In this document: one piece after another, positions 16,875-27,552 of the stretch
Layout: every line of letters begins with the position of its first letter
How positions within the stretch are numbered: position 1 is the first letter of the stretch
DNA from: an uncultured Rhodobacterales bacterium
GTDB taxonomy: Bacteria > Pseudomonadota > Alphaproteobacteria > Rhodobacterales > Rhodobacteraceae
Assembly: GCA_964506345.1 (NCBI GenBank)
Contig: CAZDLV010000001.1
Span: 1-34,585, forward strand
DNA: 34,585 nt
Direction: 5' to 3'
Notes under the pieces: generated by a model
Told to the model about the DNA's origin: nothing
Database searches by the model: none
The model's input: only the letters and a program-made list of their open reading frames with translations
Program-made: the position numbers and the translations under genes

Positions 16875-16938
16875 ATTGTAACTTCCGGCAAACCGCTGTA
16901 GTCCTGTGTCGAACGCGAACCCAGCAGGGATCAGGCAT

Positions 16939-17682
16939 ATGAGCAGCAAAACCACCCATTTCGGTTTCCAGACTGTGGACGAAGACGCCAAGGCGGGCAT
17001 GGTCCACGGAGTATTCACCAACGTCGCTTCGAAATACGACATCATGAACGACGCCATGAGCCTCGGCATCCACCGTATCTGGAAGGATGCGATGATGGAC
17101 TGGCTGGCGCCGCGCAAAGGCACGAAACTGCTGGATGTGGCCGGCGGCACCGGCGACATCTCCTTCCGGTTTCTACAACGCGCCGGACAGGCCCATGCGA
17201 CTGTTTTCGACATGACACAATCCATGCTGGACGAGGGCCGCAAACGGGCCGAGGCGGCGCAGATGCAGGACAACCTCGACTGGGTCTGCGGTGATGCGAT
17301 GGCCCTGCCGTTCGACGACAACAGCTTTGACGTCTACACCATCAGTTTCGGCATCCGCAACGTCACCCGTATTCAGGACGTGATAAACGAGGCTTACCGG
17401 GTGCTGAAACCCGGCGGGCGCTTTATGTGTCTGGAATTTTCGGCAATCCCCAATCCGGCGATGCAATGGGCCTATGACCGCTACAGCTTCAACGTGATAC
17501 CGCCGCTTGGCAAACTGATCGCCAACGACCGGGACAGCTACCAGTATCTGGTTGAATCGATCCGCAAGTTTCCGAAACAGGAACCGTTCGCGCAGATGAT
17601 CCGCGACGGCGGGTTTGCACAAGTGAAATACCGTAACCTGTCGCTGGGTATCGCCGCGCTGCATTCGGGCTGGAAAATATGA
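16939..17682 (+). CDS. ubiE: Ubiquinone/menaquinone C-methyltransferase UbiE
   Basis: [53 protein letters not shown]. Confidence 0.96.
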   Translation: MSSKTTHFGFQTVDEDAKAGMVHGVFTNVASKYDIMNDAMSLGIHRIWKDAMMDWLAPRKGTKLLDVAGGTGDISFRFLQRAGQAHATVFDMTQSMLDEGRKRAEAAQMQDNLDWVCGDAMALPFDDNSFDVYTISFGIRNVTRIQDVINEAYRVLKPGGRFMCLEFSAIPNPAMQWAYDRYSFNVIPPLGKLIANDRDSYQYLVESIRKFPKQEPFAQMIRDGGFAQVKYRNLSLGIAALHSGWKI

Positions 17683-19196
17683 GGGGGCCGCACAATATCT
17701 GGCGGCTGATCCGCACCGGCGCCACCTTTGAACGCGCGGGCGCCATGAAAGTGGCGCTGGAGGCGATGAACGCACCCCGTTCCGTCCGCATCGTGGCGCG
17801 GATTATCGGCTGGCCGGTGCAGTGGCTGGGGTTGCGCGGCGATCCCTCGCAACCGCCGGTGCTGCGGGCGCTGACGGCGCTTGGCCCTGCCTACATCAAG
17901 TTCGGGCAACTGATGTCCACCCGCCCCGATGTGGTCGGGCCGGAGCTGGCGCACGAGTTGCGGGTGTTGCAGGACAAGCTGCCACCGTTCGAAACCGATG
18001 TGGCCAAGGCCGAGGTGGAAAAAGAACTCGGCATCAAAATCGACGAGGTATTTTCCGAATTTTCCGAACCCGTCGCTGCCGCATCGCTGGCGCAGGTGCA
18101 CAAGGCGGTCGTGCGCGACACTGGCCGCGTCGTGGCCGTAAAGGTCTTGCGCCCGGGTATCGAGCGGGCGTTTTTGCGTGATGTGGATGCGTTCTACCTT
18201 GCCGCTGCCATCATCGAATTTGTCGCGCCGTTTTCCCGCCGCCTGCGTCCGCGCGCCGTTATCGCGCATTTTCACGGTGTGGTAAAAGGCGAACTGGATT
18301 TGCGGATGGAGGCATCCGCCGCCGACGAATTCGCGCACAACACCCGCAACGATCCCGGCTTTTCCGTGCCGGCGCTGGTGTGGGAACTGTCGGCCCGTCG
18401 CGTGTTGACCACCGAATGGGCCGAAGGCATCCCGCTGGGTGATATCCCCGCGATTCTGGCCACCGGACAGGATCCGGTGGAATTCGCCACCCGCATCCTG
18501 CAAACATTCCTGCGCCACGCGCTGCGCGACGGGTTTTTCCATGCGGATATGCATCAGGGCAACCTGAAACGCGGCCCGAACGGCGATCTGATTGCGCTGG
18601 ATTTCGGTATCATGGGCCGGATCGACACCTATACCCGCCGTGTTTACGCCGAGATCCTGTTCGGCTTTTTGCAACGGGACTATCGCCGCGTCGCCGAGGT
18701 GCATTTCGAGGCGGGCTATGTTCCCGCCGATCAGGATGTAGACGCTTTCGCACAGGCGCTGCGCTCCGTCGGCGAGCCGATTTTCGATTTCCACGCCAGC
18801 CAGGTATCGATGGGCCGCCTGTTCGCGCATCTGTTCGAGGTAACCGAACAATTCGGGATGCAAACCCGAACCGAGCTGATCCTGCTGCAACGCACGATGG
18901 TCGTGGTCGAAGGCGTCGCCCGCACCCTGTCCGAAGACATCAACATGTGGGAGGTCGCGCGTCCGGTGATCGAAACCTACATCCGCGACAACATCGGCCC
19001 CAAGGCCATCGCCCGCGACCTCGGCGCGACCTTGCGCGTTCTGGCCCGTTTCGGCCCGCGTTTGCCGGAAATCGCCGAACGTGTGTTGCGCGATGCCGGA
19101 ACCGGACCCGAAGCGGCCCCCAAACGCCCCCCGGCAATGCTGTGGGGGCTTGGCGGACTGGCTGCCGGACTGGTATTGGCGTGGTTGTTGGGATAA
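17679..19196 (+). CDS. ubiB: UbiB (ABC1 atypical kinase) ubiquinone biosynthesis protein
   Basis: [49 protein letters not shown]; ATGA overlap with ubiE. Confidence 0.95.
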   Translation: MRGPHNIWRLIRTGATFERAGAMKVALEAMNAPRSVRIVARIIGWPVQWLGLRGDPSQPPVLRALTALGPAYIKFGQLMSTRPDVVGPELAHELRVLQDKLPPFETDVAKAEVEKELGIKIDEVFSEFSEPVAAASLAQVHKAVVRDTGRVVAVKVLRPGIERAFLRDVDAFYLAAAIIEFVAPFSRRLRPRAVIAHFHGVVKGELDLRMEASAADEFAHNTRNDPGFSVPALVWELSARRVLTTEWAEGIPLGDIPAILATGQDPVEFATRILQTFLRHALRDGFFHADMHQGNLKRGPNGDLIALDFGIMGRIDTYTRRVYAEILFGFLQRDYRRVAEVHFEAGYVPADQDVDAFAQALRSVGEPIFDFHASQVSMGRLFAHLFEVTEQFGMQTRTELILLQRTMVVVEGVARTLSEDINMWEVARPVIETYIRDNIGPKAIARDLGATLRVLARFGPRLPEIAERVLRDAGTGPEAAPKRPPAMLWGLGGLAAGLVLAWLLG

Positions 19197-19208
19197 CGCC
19201 ACGCCAGA

Positions 19209-19237
19209 TTGACCACGGCAAAGCGTGCCGCTAGAAC
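19209..19237 (+). promoter_or_regulatory. Candidate sigma70 promoter of the tRNA
   Basis: TTGACC, 17 nt, TAGAAC, ending 8 nt before the tRNA 5' end. Confidence 0.55.
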
Positions 19238-19245
19238 ACGCCGAC

Positions 19246-19322
<77 letters not shown>

Positions 19323-19348
19323 GTTTCCGGATGCACCGGTTCATACGC

Positions 19349-19377
19349 AAAAGCCCCGCCATTGCTGACGGGGCTTT
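19349..19377. terminator. Terminator hairpin between the convergent tRNA and cox operon
   Basis: Minus strand reads AAAGCCCCGTCA-GCAA-TGGCGGGGCTTTT. Confidence 0.8.
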
Positions 19378-19398
19378 CGGGTTTTCCGTTCAAACCTG

Positions 19399-20175
19399 TC
19401 AGGCGGCGGCCACCGCCCGCGCGGTCAGAACCTTGACCAGATGGGCGCGGTAGGCACCCGACCCGTGCAAGTCGCTGATCATGCCGTCGGCATCCACTGA
19501 CAACCCGTCAAGCGCATCGGCACTGAAGTTGGCCGACAGCGCCTCTTCGGCGGCAGTCCAGCGATGCACGCCTTCCTCGGACGCGCCCGTCACGGCGACC
19601 CGCACCGTGTTGCCAAACCGGGCCACGAACACCCCGACCAGTGCAAACCGCGAAGCCGGCTGGTCAAACTTCTGATAGCATGCGGCGTCGGGAACAGGAA
19701 ATTCCACCGCAGTAATGATTTCGCCATCTTCCAGCGCAGTGGTGAACATCCCGTCAAAGAAGTCATCCGCCGCAATGGTCCGCCTGTCGGTGATGATCGT
19801 GGCACCGCATGCCAGAACCGCCGCCGGATAATCCGCCGACGGGTCGTCGTTGGCCAGACTGCCGCCGATGGTGCCACGGTTGCGCACCGCCGGATCGCCA
19901 ATATTGCCCGCCAGCGCCGAGATCGCCCCGTAACCGCCGGATGCGACCTCGGCGTGGGTGACCGCGCCGCCGATATTCAGCACCTTGCCGTCCGAGTCGA
20001 TCTCCTTCATCTCGGCAATGCCGGTCAGCGAGACCAGCTTGGCCGGCGACGCCAGCCGCTGCTTCATGGTCGGGATCAGGGTTTGTCCCCCGCCGAGCGC
20101 CTGCGCGTCCTCGGAAGCAAGCGCCGCCACCGCCTCGGCCACTGTCGAAGGTTTTTCAAATTCGAAGTTGTACAT
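19399..20175 (-). CDS. coxM: CoxM/CutM-like FAD subunit of a xanthine-oxidase-family molybdoenzyme
   Basis: LGGGQTLIP.MK.RLA.P, IGDPAVRNRGTIGGS.A..DP.AD, YRAHL. Confidence 0.9.
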   Translation of the reverse strand: MYNFEFEKPSTVAEAVAALASEDAQALGGGQTLIPTMKQRLASPAKLVSLTGIAEMKEIDSDGKVLNIGGAVTHAEVASGGYGAISALAGNIGDPAVRNRGTIGGSLANDDPSADYPAAVLACGATIITDRRTIAADDFFDGMFTTALEDGEIITAVEFPVPDAACYQKFDQPASRFALVGVFVARFGNTVRVAVTGASEEGVHRWTAAEEALSANFSADALDGLSVDADGMISDLHGSGAYRAHLVKVLTARAVAAA

Positions 20176-20187
20176 GTCGCTTCTCCC

Positions 20188-22557
20188 TTACTTCGCAGCC
20201 TGGATAGCTTCCCAGACCCGGGCGGGTGTGGCAGGCATATCGATGTGGGTGATCCCGTAGTCCGACAGCGCGTCGACCACGGCATTGATGACCGCCGGTG
20301 GCGATCCGATCGCCCCCGCCTCGCCACAGCCTTTGACGCCCAGCGGGTTGTGGGTGCAGGGCGTCTGGCAGGAATGGTCCACCGTATAGTTCGGCAGATC
20401 ATCGGCCCGCGGCATGGTATAATCCATGTAAGAACCGCTCAACAACTGCCCGTCCGAATCATAGACGCAGTGTTCAAGCAATGCCTGCCCGATCCCCTGC
20501 GCGATGCCGCCATGCACCTGCCCGTCAACGATCATCGGGTTGATGATGTTGCCGAAATCGTCGGCGGCGGCAAAGGAGCAGACCTCGACCTTGCCGGTGT
20601 CGGGATCGACCTCCACCTCGCAGGCATAGGCGCCCGAGGGGTAGGTGAAGTTGGCCGGATCGTAGAAGGCGGTTTCTTCCAGCCCCGGCTCCAGATCCTC
20701 AAGCGGATAGTTGTGCGGGACATAGGCCGCAAGGGTCACGTCCCCCCAGGCCACCGATTTGTCGGTGCCGGCAACGGTGAACTCGCCGTTGGCCAGCTCG
20801 ATATCGTCCTCGCCGGCCTCCAGCAGATGCGCGGCGATTTTCTTGGCCTTGGCGATAACCTTTTCGGCCGCCTTGACCATGGCAGACCCGCCCACCGCCA
20901 ACGAGCGGGAACCGTAGGTCCCCATGCCCATCGGGATTTTCGCGGTATCGCCATGCACGATATCGATCTGGCTTTCGTCGATCCCGATCATCTCGGCAAT
21001 CACCTGCGGAAAGGCCGTCTCGTGCCCCTGCCCGTGACTGTGCGAACCGGTCATGACAGAAATCGAGCCGGTCGCGTTCACCCGCACCGTGGCGGATTCA
21101 TACAGACCGGCGCGCGCGCCAAGCTGCCCGACGAGGTTCGACGGCGCAATACCGCAAGCCTCGATATAATGGGCGATGCCCAGACCGCGCAGCTTGCCGT
21201 TTTTGGCGCTCTCGGCCTTGCGGGCCTCGAAACCGGCCAGATCGGCGATCTCCTCGATCTTGTCCATCGTCGCGTCGTAGTTGCCCGTGTCGTATTCCAC
21301 CGCAACAGGGGTGGCATAGGGGAACTGGTCCGGCTTGATGAAATTCTGCCGGCGCAGCGCAATCGGGTCCACGCCCAGCTCCCGCGCCGCCTTGTCGATC
21401 ACCCGCTCCAACTGGAACGAGGCCTCGGGACGGCCGGCGCCGCGATAGGCATCGACCGGCACCGTGTTGGTAAACACCGCCTTGACGTTCACATAGATCA
21501 GCGGCGTGGTATAATTCCCCGCCATCAGCGTGCCATGCAGCCACGTCGGCACCGAAGGCGCAAAGGTGGACAGATAGGCGCCCATGTTGGCGTAGGTATC
21601 GGTGCGCACGGCCAGGAAATTGTTGTCCTTGTCCAGCGCCAGTTCGATCTTGGTGACATGATCGCGCCCGTGGGCATCGGACATGAAGGCCTCGGACCGC
21701 GACGAGGTCCATTTGACCGGACGCCCCACCGCCTTGGCCGCGAAGGTGCAGAAGGCCTCTTCGGCGTAATGGAAAATCTTGGTGCCGAAACCACCGCCGA
21801 CATCGGGCGAGACGACACGCAGTTTATGCTCGGGGATACCCAGCACGAACGCCCCCATCAGCAGCCGGATCACATGCGGGTTCTGGCTGGTGGTATAAAG
21901 CGTGTGTTCCTCGTTCGAGGCATCATATTCCCCGATCGCCACGCGCGGCTCCATCGGGTTGGCCACCAGACGGTTGTTGCGCAATTCCAGCGTGGTGACA
22001 TGGGCGGCGTTTTTGATCGCCTCGTCCACGGCCTCGCGGTTTTCCTCGACAAAACCCCAATCGAAACACAGGTTGCTGGTCAGGTCGTCATGCACCTTGG
22101 TCGCGCCGTCTTTCAACGCATCTTTCATGTCGATCACGGCGGGCAGTTCGGTGATGTCGATATCCAGCACCTCGGCCGCATCGCGGGCCTGTTCCAGTGT
22201 CTCGGCCACCACGGCGGCAATCGGGTCGCCCACATGGCGCACCTTGCCTTGTGCCAGCACCGGATGCGCCGGTTCCTGCATCACTTCGCCGAAACGGTCG
22301 GTCACCTGCCAGCCGCAAGGCACGCCGCCGACGCCCTCGAAATCCGCGCCGGTGAAAATGCGCACGACGCCGGGCATGTTTTCCGCCCCGGACGTGTCGA
22401 TCGTGTTGATGGTTCCGTGTGCCACGTCCGAACGCACGAAATACACATACGTCTGGTTCGGGGCGTTGATGTCATCGGTATACTTGCCGTTTCCGGTCAG
22501 AAACCGGACGTCCTCGCGCCGCTTGGGGCTGGCGCCTATGCCATGGTCCTTGGGCAT
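20188..22557 (-). CDS. coxL: CoxL-like molybdopterin large subunit, form II
   Basis: RREDxRFLTG, [17 protein letters not shown] active-site loop, [36 protein letters not shown]. Confidence 0.92.
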   Translation of the reverse strand: MPKDHGIGASPKRREDVRFLTGNGKYTDDINAPNQTYVYFVRSDVAHGTINTIDTSGAENMPGVVRIFTGADFEGVGGVPCGWQVTDRFGEVMQEPAHPVLAQGKVRHVGDPIAAVVAETLEQARDAAEVLDIDITELPAVIDMKDALKDGATKVHDDLTSNLCFDWGFVEENREAVDEAIKNAAHVTTLELRNNRLVANPMEPRVAIGEYDASNEEHTLYTTSQNPHVIRLLMGAFVLGIPEHKLRVVSPDVGGGFGTKIFHYAEEAFCTFAAKAVGRPVKWTSSRSEAFMSDAHGRDHVTKIELALDKDNNFLAVRTDTYANMGAYLSTFAPSVPTWLHGTLMAGNYTTPLIYVNVKAVFTNTVPVDAYRGAGRPEASFQLERVIDKAARELGVDPIALRRQNFIKPDQFPYATPVAVEYDTGNYDATMDKIEEIADLAGFEARKAESAKNGKLRGLGIAHYIEACGIAPSNLVGQLGARAGLYESATVRVNATGSISVMTGSHSHGQGHETAFPQVIAEMIGIDESQIDIVHGDTAKIPMGMGTYGSRSLAVGGSAMVKAAEKVIAKAKKIAAHLLEAGEDDIELANGEFTVAGTDKSVAWGDVTLAAYVPHNYPLEDLEPGLEETAFYDPANFTYPSGAYACEVEVDPDTGKVEVCSFAAADDFGNIINPMIVDGQVHGGIAQGIGQALLEHCVYDSDGQLLSGSYMDYTMPRADDLPNYTVDHSCQTPCTHNPLGVKGCGEAGAIGSPPAVINAVVDALSDYGITHIDMPATPARVWEAIQAAK

Positions 22558-22590
22558 TGTTATTCCTCCTGTTGATCCGGTTCCGCGCGC

Positions 22591-23058
22591 TTATCCCAAC
22601 TGGGCAGCAGCAGCCTGAACGGATTTTACGATGTTGTGATAGCCGGTGCAGCGGCAGATATTGCCTTCCAGATGCTTGCGGATCTCGGCCTCGGTCGGGT
22701 TGGCGTTGCCGGCCAGCAGGTCCGCCGCCGCCATCACCATGCCCGGCGTGCAGAAACCGCATTGCAAGCCGTGATGCTCCTGAAACGCCGCCTGAATGAC
22801 GCCAAGCGAGCCGTCCGCGTTCGCCATCCCCTCGATGGTTTTTACCTCGGCCCCGTCGGCCTCCAGTGCCAGCATGGTGCAGCCTTTGACGGCCACGCCG
22901 TTCACATGCACCGTGCAGGCACCGCACTGGCTGGTGTCACAGCCAACGTGTGTGCCGGTCAGTTTCAGGTCGTCGCGCAGGAATTGCGACAGCAAGGTGC
23001 GCCCTTCGACCTCGCCCGTGACGGTCTTGCCGTTCACGGTCATTGTTACAGATGGCAT
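22591..23058 (-). CDS. coxS: CoxS-like 2x[2Fe-2S] small subunit
   Basis: GGGAGG before ATG 23058; [10 protein letters not shown]...[18 protein letters not shown]. Confidence 0.93.
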   Translation of the reverse strand: MPSVTMTVNGKTVTGEVEGRTLLSQFLRDDLKLTGTHVGCDTSQCGACTVHVNGVAVKGCTMLALEADGAEVKTIEGMANADGSLGVIQAAFQEHHGLQCGFCTPGMVMAAADLLAGNANPTEAEIRKHLEGNICRCTGYHNIVKSVQAAAAQLG

Positions 23059-23078
23059 GTTTTCCTCCCATGTTTCTG

Positions 23079-23606
23079 TTATGTGTTTTTGCCGGTCAGC
23101 TTGCGGAACCATCCCTTTTTGGGCTTTTCCTCCGCTTCCGCCGTTTCTTCTTCCTCTTCTTCTTCGGGTGGCGCTACGGCCATCTCGAAATTCTCGAAAA
23201 ACTTGTCGGCCAGTTTCTTGGCCACACCCGACACCACGCGCGAGCCAAGCTGCGCCAGCTTGCCGCCCACCTTGGCCTCGACCGTATAGGCCAGTTCCGT
23301 GCCGCCCTCGACATCCGCCAGCCGCACCAGCGCGCCGCCCTTGGCAAAACCGGCGGCACCGCCCTTGCCCTCGCCGACGATACGGTAACTCTCGGCCTCG
23401 ACGATATCGGTCAGGGTAACGACACCCTTGAAGGTGGCTTTTACCGGCCCGACTTTCTGGGTCACGACAGCCTCGAAACCGTCGGCGGCGTTGCCGGTCA
23501 TTTCCTTGCAACCGGGGATACTGGCCTGCAACACATCGACACTGTTCAGCGCCTCCCAGACCGTTTGCCGGTCGGCCGCAATAATTCGACTACCTTCCAG
23601 TTCCAT
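23079..23606 (-). CDS. coxG: CoxG (SRPBCC/START-like) protein
   Basis: VWEALN...[37 protein letters not shown]. Confidence 0.9.
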   Translation of the reverse strand: MELEGSRIIAADRQTVWEALNSVDVLQASIPGCKEMTGNAADGFEAVVTQKVGPVKATFKGVVTLTDIVEAESYRIVGEGKGGAAGFAKGGALVRLADVEGGTELAYTVEAKVGGKLAQLGSRVVSGVAKKLADKFFENFEMAVAPPEEEEEEETAEAEEKPKKGWFRKLTGKNT

Positions 23607-23690
23607 CTCACCCCGTTATCTTCCGTTGCGTCAGACGGTCACAGTGGCACGAGGGTCACAACCGAAACAAGAAAAATTTTTGCCAGTCGA

Positions 23691-25310
23691 TCAACTTTCG
23701 GCCAAGTCCCGCCACGCGGCCCATTCTTCGGGGGTATCGAGGTCGGTCACCGCCGCCTCGCCACGGGTTTGCACATCATGCAAATACTCCGGCGCCCCGC
23801 GCACCACATCGCGCGCACCGCGATCCCCCGCCAGCGCCGCAAGGGATTCAAAGAACCGCCGCCCGAACAACACCGGATGCCCCGCCTTGCCCGATTCCGT
23901 CACCGCGCGGCAGATTTCACACCCCTGCGCCGGATCGAACGCGGCGACCAGCGCGTCAAAATCCGCCGGAGTCACATCGGGCATATCGCCAAAGGCCAGC
24001 ACCACCGCGTCGCAATCGTCCGACAGCGCCGCAATCCCCGCCCGGACCGAGGCCGCCATGCCCTCGGCCCGGTCCGGTGCCTCGTGCAAATCAAGGTCCA
24101 GCCCCGCCAGCGCCTCGCGCCGCGCGGCCGCGTCCGGCGGCAAAACCACATGCACCCGATCCGCAACACTGGCCAACGCCACCTCTGCCGCGTGGCGCAG
24201 CATCGGCTTGCCGCCGACATCCTCCAGCAGTTTGTCGCGCCCCCGCATCCGGCGCGAGGCCCCCGCCGCCAACAGCAAAATTTCGACCTTCGGCCGCTTG
24301 CGGCTGTCCGGCAAACCGCTGCGCGGCTGCGGACGGGTCGGGATTTCCTTGAGCAAACCACCCACCCCCATCGCGGCAATGTCCTGCGCGCGCACCTCCA
24401 GCCCGCAGGCCAGCCGCTCCAGCACCCAGTCGGCCCCGTTCAGCGCCGGCGAGCGGGCGCAGCCGGGCAGGCCGACCACCGGCCGCCGCCCCAATGCGCC
24501 AAGGAACAGCAGATTGCCCGGATCGACCGGCATCCCGAAACGCTCCAGCCTGCCACCCGCCGCGCGCAGGGCCTGCGGGCCGACGTCGTTTGCATCCGAG
24601 GTGGCCGAGCCGGCGAGGATCAGGATCACCTCTCCCGCCACCCGCGCCAGCGCCCCGGCCAGCGCCGCTTCGGTGTGGGGAACCATCTCGACCTCTTCCA
24701 GCGTGATGCCCAGCGCGTTCAGCCGCGCCTCCACCACCCGCCGCCCCTTTTCCAGCACCGAAGGTTTCATATCCGGCACCTCGCTCAGCACCAGTCCGGC
24801 GGTTTTCACCGTGAACGGCACCACACGCAGCGCCCCGTTCACACCGGCCAGCACCCCGGCCACGCGGGCGCTGTCGACGGCGTAGGGAATGACCTTGACC
24901 GTGGCCACCAGCGCCCCCGACGCCACCCGTTTCATATCCGGCAGGGTTGCCACGGTAATCGCCGGATCGACCGAGTTGAACCGCTGGACCGCCGCCGCAT
25001 CCACCTGCACCAGCCCCGCCGCGTCGGCCTGAATATTCACCCGTCCGGCGAAGGGCGCGCCAAGGCGCAAAGCCGCCTCTGCCGCATCCGGCACCAGCGC
25101 GCGGGCCAATGTCTGCGCCGCCTCGTCCTCGGGCATGTCCTCCGGTTCCAGCCGCGCAACGGTGACTTCGGCAATACCGGCCGCGCGCAGGGCCGCAATG
25201 TCCTCTGCCGCCAGCCGCACCCCCTTTTTCAACCGCCGCTCTCCGGCCCTCAACGAATAGGCAAGGATCGCCCCTTCGGCCTCGTCCACAGGAACCGGCC
25301 CGAATTTCAT
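23691..25310 (-). CDS. MoeA-like molybdopterin-binding domain fused to MocA-like molybdenum cofactor cytidylyltransferase
   Basis: Starts MKFGPVPV at 25310; GMPVDPGNLL, GLPGCARSP, MGVGGLL.EI..RPQPR; then LAAGASRRM.G..KLL, GDMP, GHPV.F, GD.GAR, DLDTPE nucleotidyltransferase motifs. Confidence 0.88.
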   Translation of the reverse strand: MKFGPVPVDEAEGAILAYSLRAGERRLKKGVRLAAEDIAALRAAGIAEVTVARLEPEDMPEDEAAQTLARALVPDAAEAALRLGAPFAGRVNIQADAAGLVQVDAAAVQRFNSVDPAITVATLPDMKRVASGALVATVKVIPYAVDSARVAGVLAGVNGALRVVPFTVKTAGLVLSEVPDMKPSVLEKGRRVVEARLNALGITLEEVEMVPHTEAALAGALARVAGEVILILAGSATSDANDVGPQALRAAGGRLERFGMPVDPGNLLFLGALGRRPVVGLPGCARSPALNGADWVLERLACGLEVRAQDIAAMGVGGLLKEIPTRPQPRSGLPDSRKRPKVEILLLAAGASRRMRGRDKLLEDVGGKPMLRHAAEVALASVADRVHVVLPPDAAARREALAGLDLDLHEAPDRAEGMAASVRAGIAALSDDCDAVVLAFGDMPDVTPADFDALVAAFDPAQGCEICRAVTESGKAGHPVLFGRRFFESLAALAGDRGARDVVRGAPEYLHDVQTRGEAAVTDLDTPEEWAAWRDLAES

Positions 25311-26299
25311 CGCCGCGTCTCCGGCCGGCGTAGGCGTTCGGTGATTTCGGCCATGATCGACACGGCAATTTCCGCCGGAGTTTTCGCCCCGATATCCGCC
25401 CCGACCGGCGCGTGGATCTTCGCGATTTCCGACGCCGAAAATCCTGCCGCCTCCAGCCGCGCCACCCGTTTCGCATGGGTGCGGCTGGACCCGAGACAGC
25501 CGAGGTAGAACACGTCCGACCGCAAGGCCACCTGTATCGCCGGATCGTCGATCTTGGGGTCGTGCGACAGGGTCACCACGGCACAACGCCCGTCCAGCCC
25601 CTCGGCCTGCAAGGCCTCGTCCGGCCAGTCATGCACCAGCCGCTCGTTCGGGAAACGGGCCTCGCTGGCAAAGGCGGCGCGCGGGTCGATCACCACGGGA
25701 TCATAACCGGCCAGTCGCGCCATCCGCACCAGCGGTTGCGCGATATGCACCGCGCCGACAACCATCATCCGCAAGGGCGGGTTGTGGATATTGACGAAGG
25801 TTTCGCCCTCGAATCCCGACTTGCCGGCCACGAAACGCGCGCGATATTCCGGCGCGTCCCCGGCCACAACCACACGGCGCGACCAGTCCGCAGGATCGAC
25901 CACATAGGCCGCCGCGCGACGGTCCTTGCGGTGCGCCGCCAGTTCCTCCAGCAACCCGACCGACGGTCCTTGCCCGACGCCCACCGGCTCCACCAGCACG
26001 CGGATGGTGCCGCCACAGGCCAGACCGACGGCAAAGGCCTCCTCATTCGTCACGCCGTATTCCAGTATGCGCGGCTGCCCGTCGGTCAGGGCCTCCAGTG
26101 CCTCCTCCACCACCGCGCCCTCGACACAGCCGCCGGAAACCGAGCCGGTGATTTCCGCATCCTCGCTGATCGCCAATTGCGAGCCGACGCCGCGCGGGGC
26201 CGATCCCCACGTCTGCACCACGGTCGCCAGCGCCGCACCCTTGCCGGCCGCAACCCATTCCAATGCCTGTTCGACTATCCGGTCATATTCCGCCATCAC
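25307..26299 (-). CDS. XdhC/CoxF family Moco chaperone
   Basis: ATVV.TWGSAPR..GS, GSVSGGCVE, GLACGG.I.V, GAVHIA, SHDPKID, YLG.LGS.RT, P.G.DIGA.TP.EIA.SI.AE. Confidence 0.92.
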   Translation of the reverse strand: MMAEYDRIVEQALEWVAAGKGAALATVVQTWGSAPRGVGSQLAISEDAEITGSVSGGCVEGAVVEEALEALTDGQPRILEYGVTNEEAFAVGLACGGTIRVLVEPVGVGQGPSVGLLEELAAHRKDRRAAAYVVDPADWSRRVVVAGDAPEYRARFVAGKSGFEGETFVNIHNPPLRMMVVGAVHIAQPLVRMARLAGYDPVVIDPRAAFASEARFPNERLVHDWPDEALQAEGLDGRCAVVTLSHDPKIDDPAIQVALRSDVFYLGCLGSSRTHAKRVARLEAAGFSASEIAKIHAPVGADIGAKTPAEIAVSIMAEITERLRRPETRR

Positions 26300-27552
26300 G
26301 CTTCCCCCATCATCGCCATCAGCCGCGCTTTTTCGCCCATGTCGTCAGGGCGGGTCAGCGCATCGGCCAAGGCCTCCAGCGAGGCTATATTATGCCCCGC
26401 GCGGAAACTGTCCACATTGGGCAGCATTTCGCGAATCCCCCGCGCTTTCGGCGCAAACCCGTCCCAGCGCAACAGCGGATTCAGCCAGATCACCTTTTTC
26501 GCCGACAGTTGCAGCCGCTGCATTTCCGCCGACAGCCGCTCGGGCGCGTCGCGGTCCAGCCCGTCGGTGATCAGCAGAACCACCGCCCCTTGCCCCAGCA
26601 CACGGCGCGACCAGTCGCGGTTGAAGGCATGCAGGCATTCGCCGATCCGCGTTCCGCCCTCCCAGTCCTGCGCCTCGGCCCCTGCCGCCGCCAGCGCCGC
26701 GTCCACGTCGCGTTGTTTCAAATGCCGCGTGATGTTGGTCAGCCGTGTGCCGAAGGTAAAGGAATGCACCTGCGCCCAGCCTGCACCTTTGGCATTGCTG
26801 GCCGCGTGCAGGAAATGCAGAACAGCGCGGGAATAGGCGGACATGGAACCGCTGATATCGCACAACGCCACCAGATTGGGCCAGCGGATCCTGCGTTGCT
26901 GCATCGACAGCGCGCGGATTTCCCCGCCCGAGCACATCGCCTTGCGCATGGTGCCGCGCCAGTCGGCAATCCGCCCGCGGGCCGAAGGCGCGGTGCGGCG
27001 CGAGGCCAGCGGTTTCACCGGCAGGGCAATGCGCGCGATCATGCGTTTTGCCTCGGCCATCTCTGCCGTGGACATCTGTTCGAAATCGAGGGATTTCAAC
27101 ACCTCCTGCCCCGAATAGGTCAGCGAGGCATCGACCTCGATCCCGGTGCCGTCCTCCTCCGCCTGTTCCGGCACTTCGGCCTCGGCCCCGTCCAGCAGGG
27201 CCTCGGCCGCGCGTTTCTCGGCGGCTTCGGCAGGGCGTTCCTGCTGCACGCCGCGAATGGCGGGCAGCATCAGGGCCATCATGTGTTCCAGATACTGCGG
27301 GTCGCGCCAATACAGGCGGAAAACCTGCGCGAACACCAGCCGGTGTTCGGGGCGCGAGACGAAACAGGCGTGCAGCGTCCAGAAAAAGTCCCGCTTGTCG
27401 GTAAACCCTGCCACCTGCACCGCGCGGATTGCGTCCATCACCCGCCCCGTGCCGACCGGCAGGCCCGCCTTGCGCAGGGCGCGGGCGAAATGGGTAATGT
27501 TGGCGACAAACTTGCCGTCTGCGGGGACGGGCAAGTCGGCGAATTGCACCAT
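26296..27552 (-). CDS. coxE: CoxE-like von Willebrand A domain protein
   Basis: Starts MVQFADL at 27552; MIDAS motif DISGSM, F.FGTRLT, W.GGTRIG, ITDGLD, WLNPL. Confidence 0.9.
   Translation of the reverse strand: MVQFADLPVPADGKFVANITHFARALRKAGLPVGTGRVMDAIRAVQVAGFTDKRDFFWTLHACFVSRPEHRLVFAQVFRLYWRDPQYLEHMMALMLPAIRGVQQERPAEAAEKRAAEALLDGAEAEVPEQAEEDGTGIEVDASLTYSGQEVLKSLDFEQMSTAEMAEAKRMIARIALPVKPLASRRTAPSARGRIADWRGTMRKAMCSGGEIRALSMQQRRIRWPNLVALCDISGSMSAYSRAVLHFLHAASNAKGAGWAQVHSFTFGTRLTNITRHLKQRDVDAALAAAGAEAQDWEGGTRIGECLHAFNRDWSRRVLGQGAVVLLITDGLDRDAPERLSAEMQRLQLSAKKVIWLNPLLRWDGFAPKARGIREMLPNVDSFRAGHNIASLEALADALTRPDDMGEKARLMAMMGEA

Noticed and set aside
20188-22557. True aerobic CO dehydrogenase (form I)
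   Set aside because: The active-site loop is AYRGAGR rather than AYxCSFR, and the order is S-L-M.
23135-23165. (TCT/TCC)n-like simple repeat as a phase-variation tract
   Set aside because: It is an in-frame, imperfect run of GAA/GAG codons encoding the poly-Glu linker of CoxG.
19564-25508. Very long plus-strand ORFs (19564-22575, 1003 aa; 23043-25508, 821 aa)
   Set aside because: They are antisense shadows of the GC-rich cox genes and carry no recognisable motifs. The same applies to 15744-17321, 17538-19202, 28635-30044, 30578-31891 and 33191-34465.
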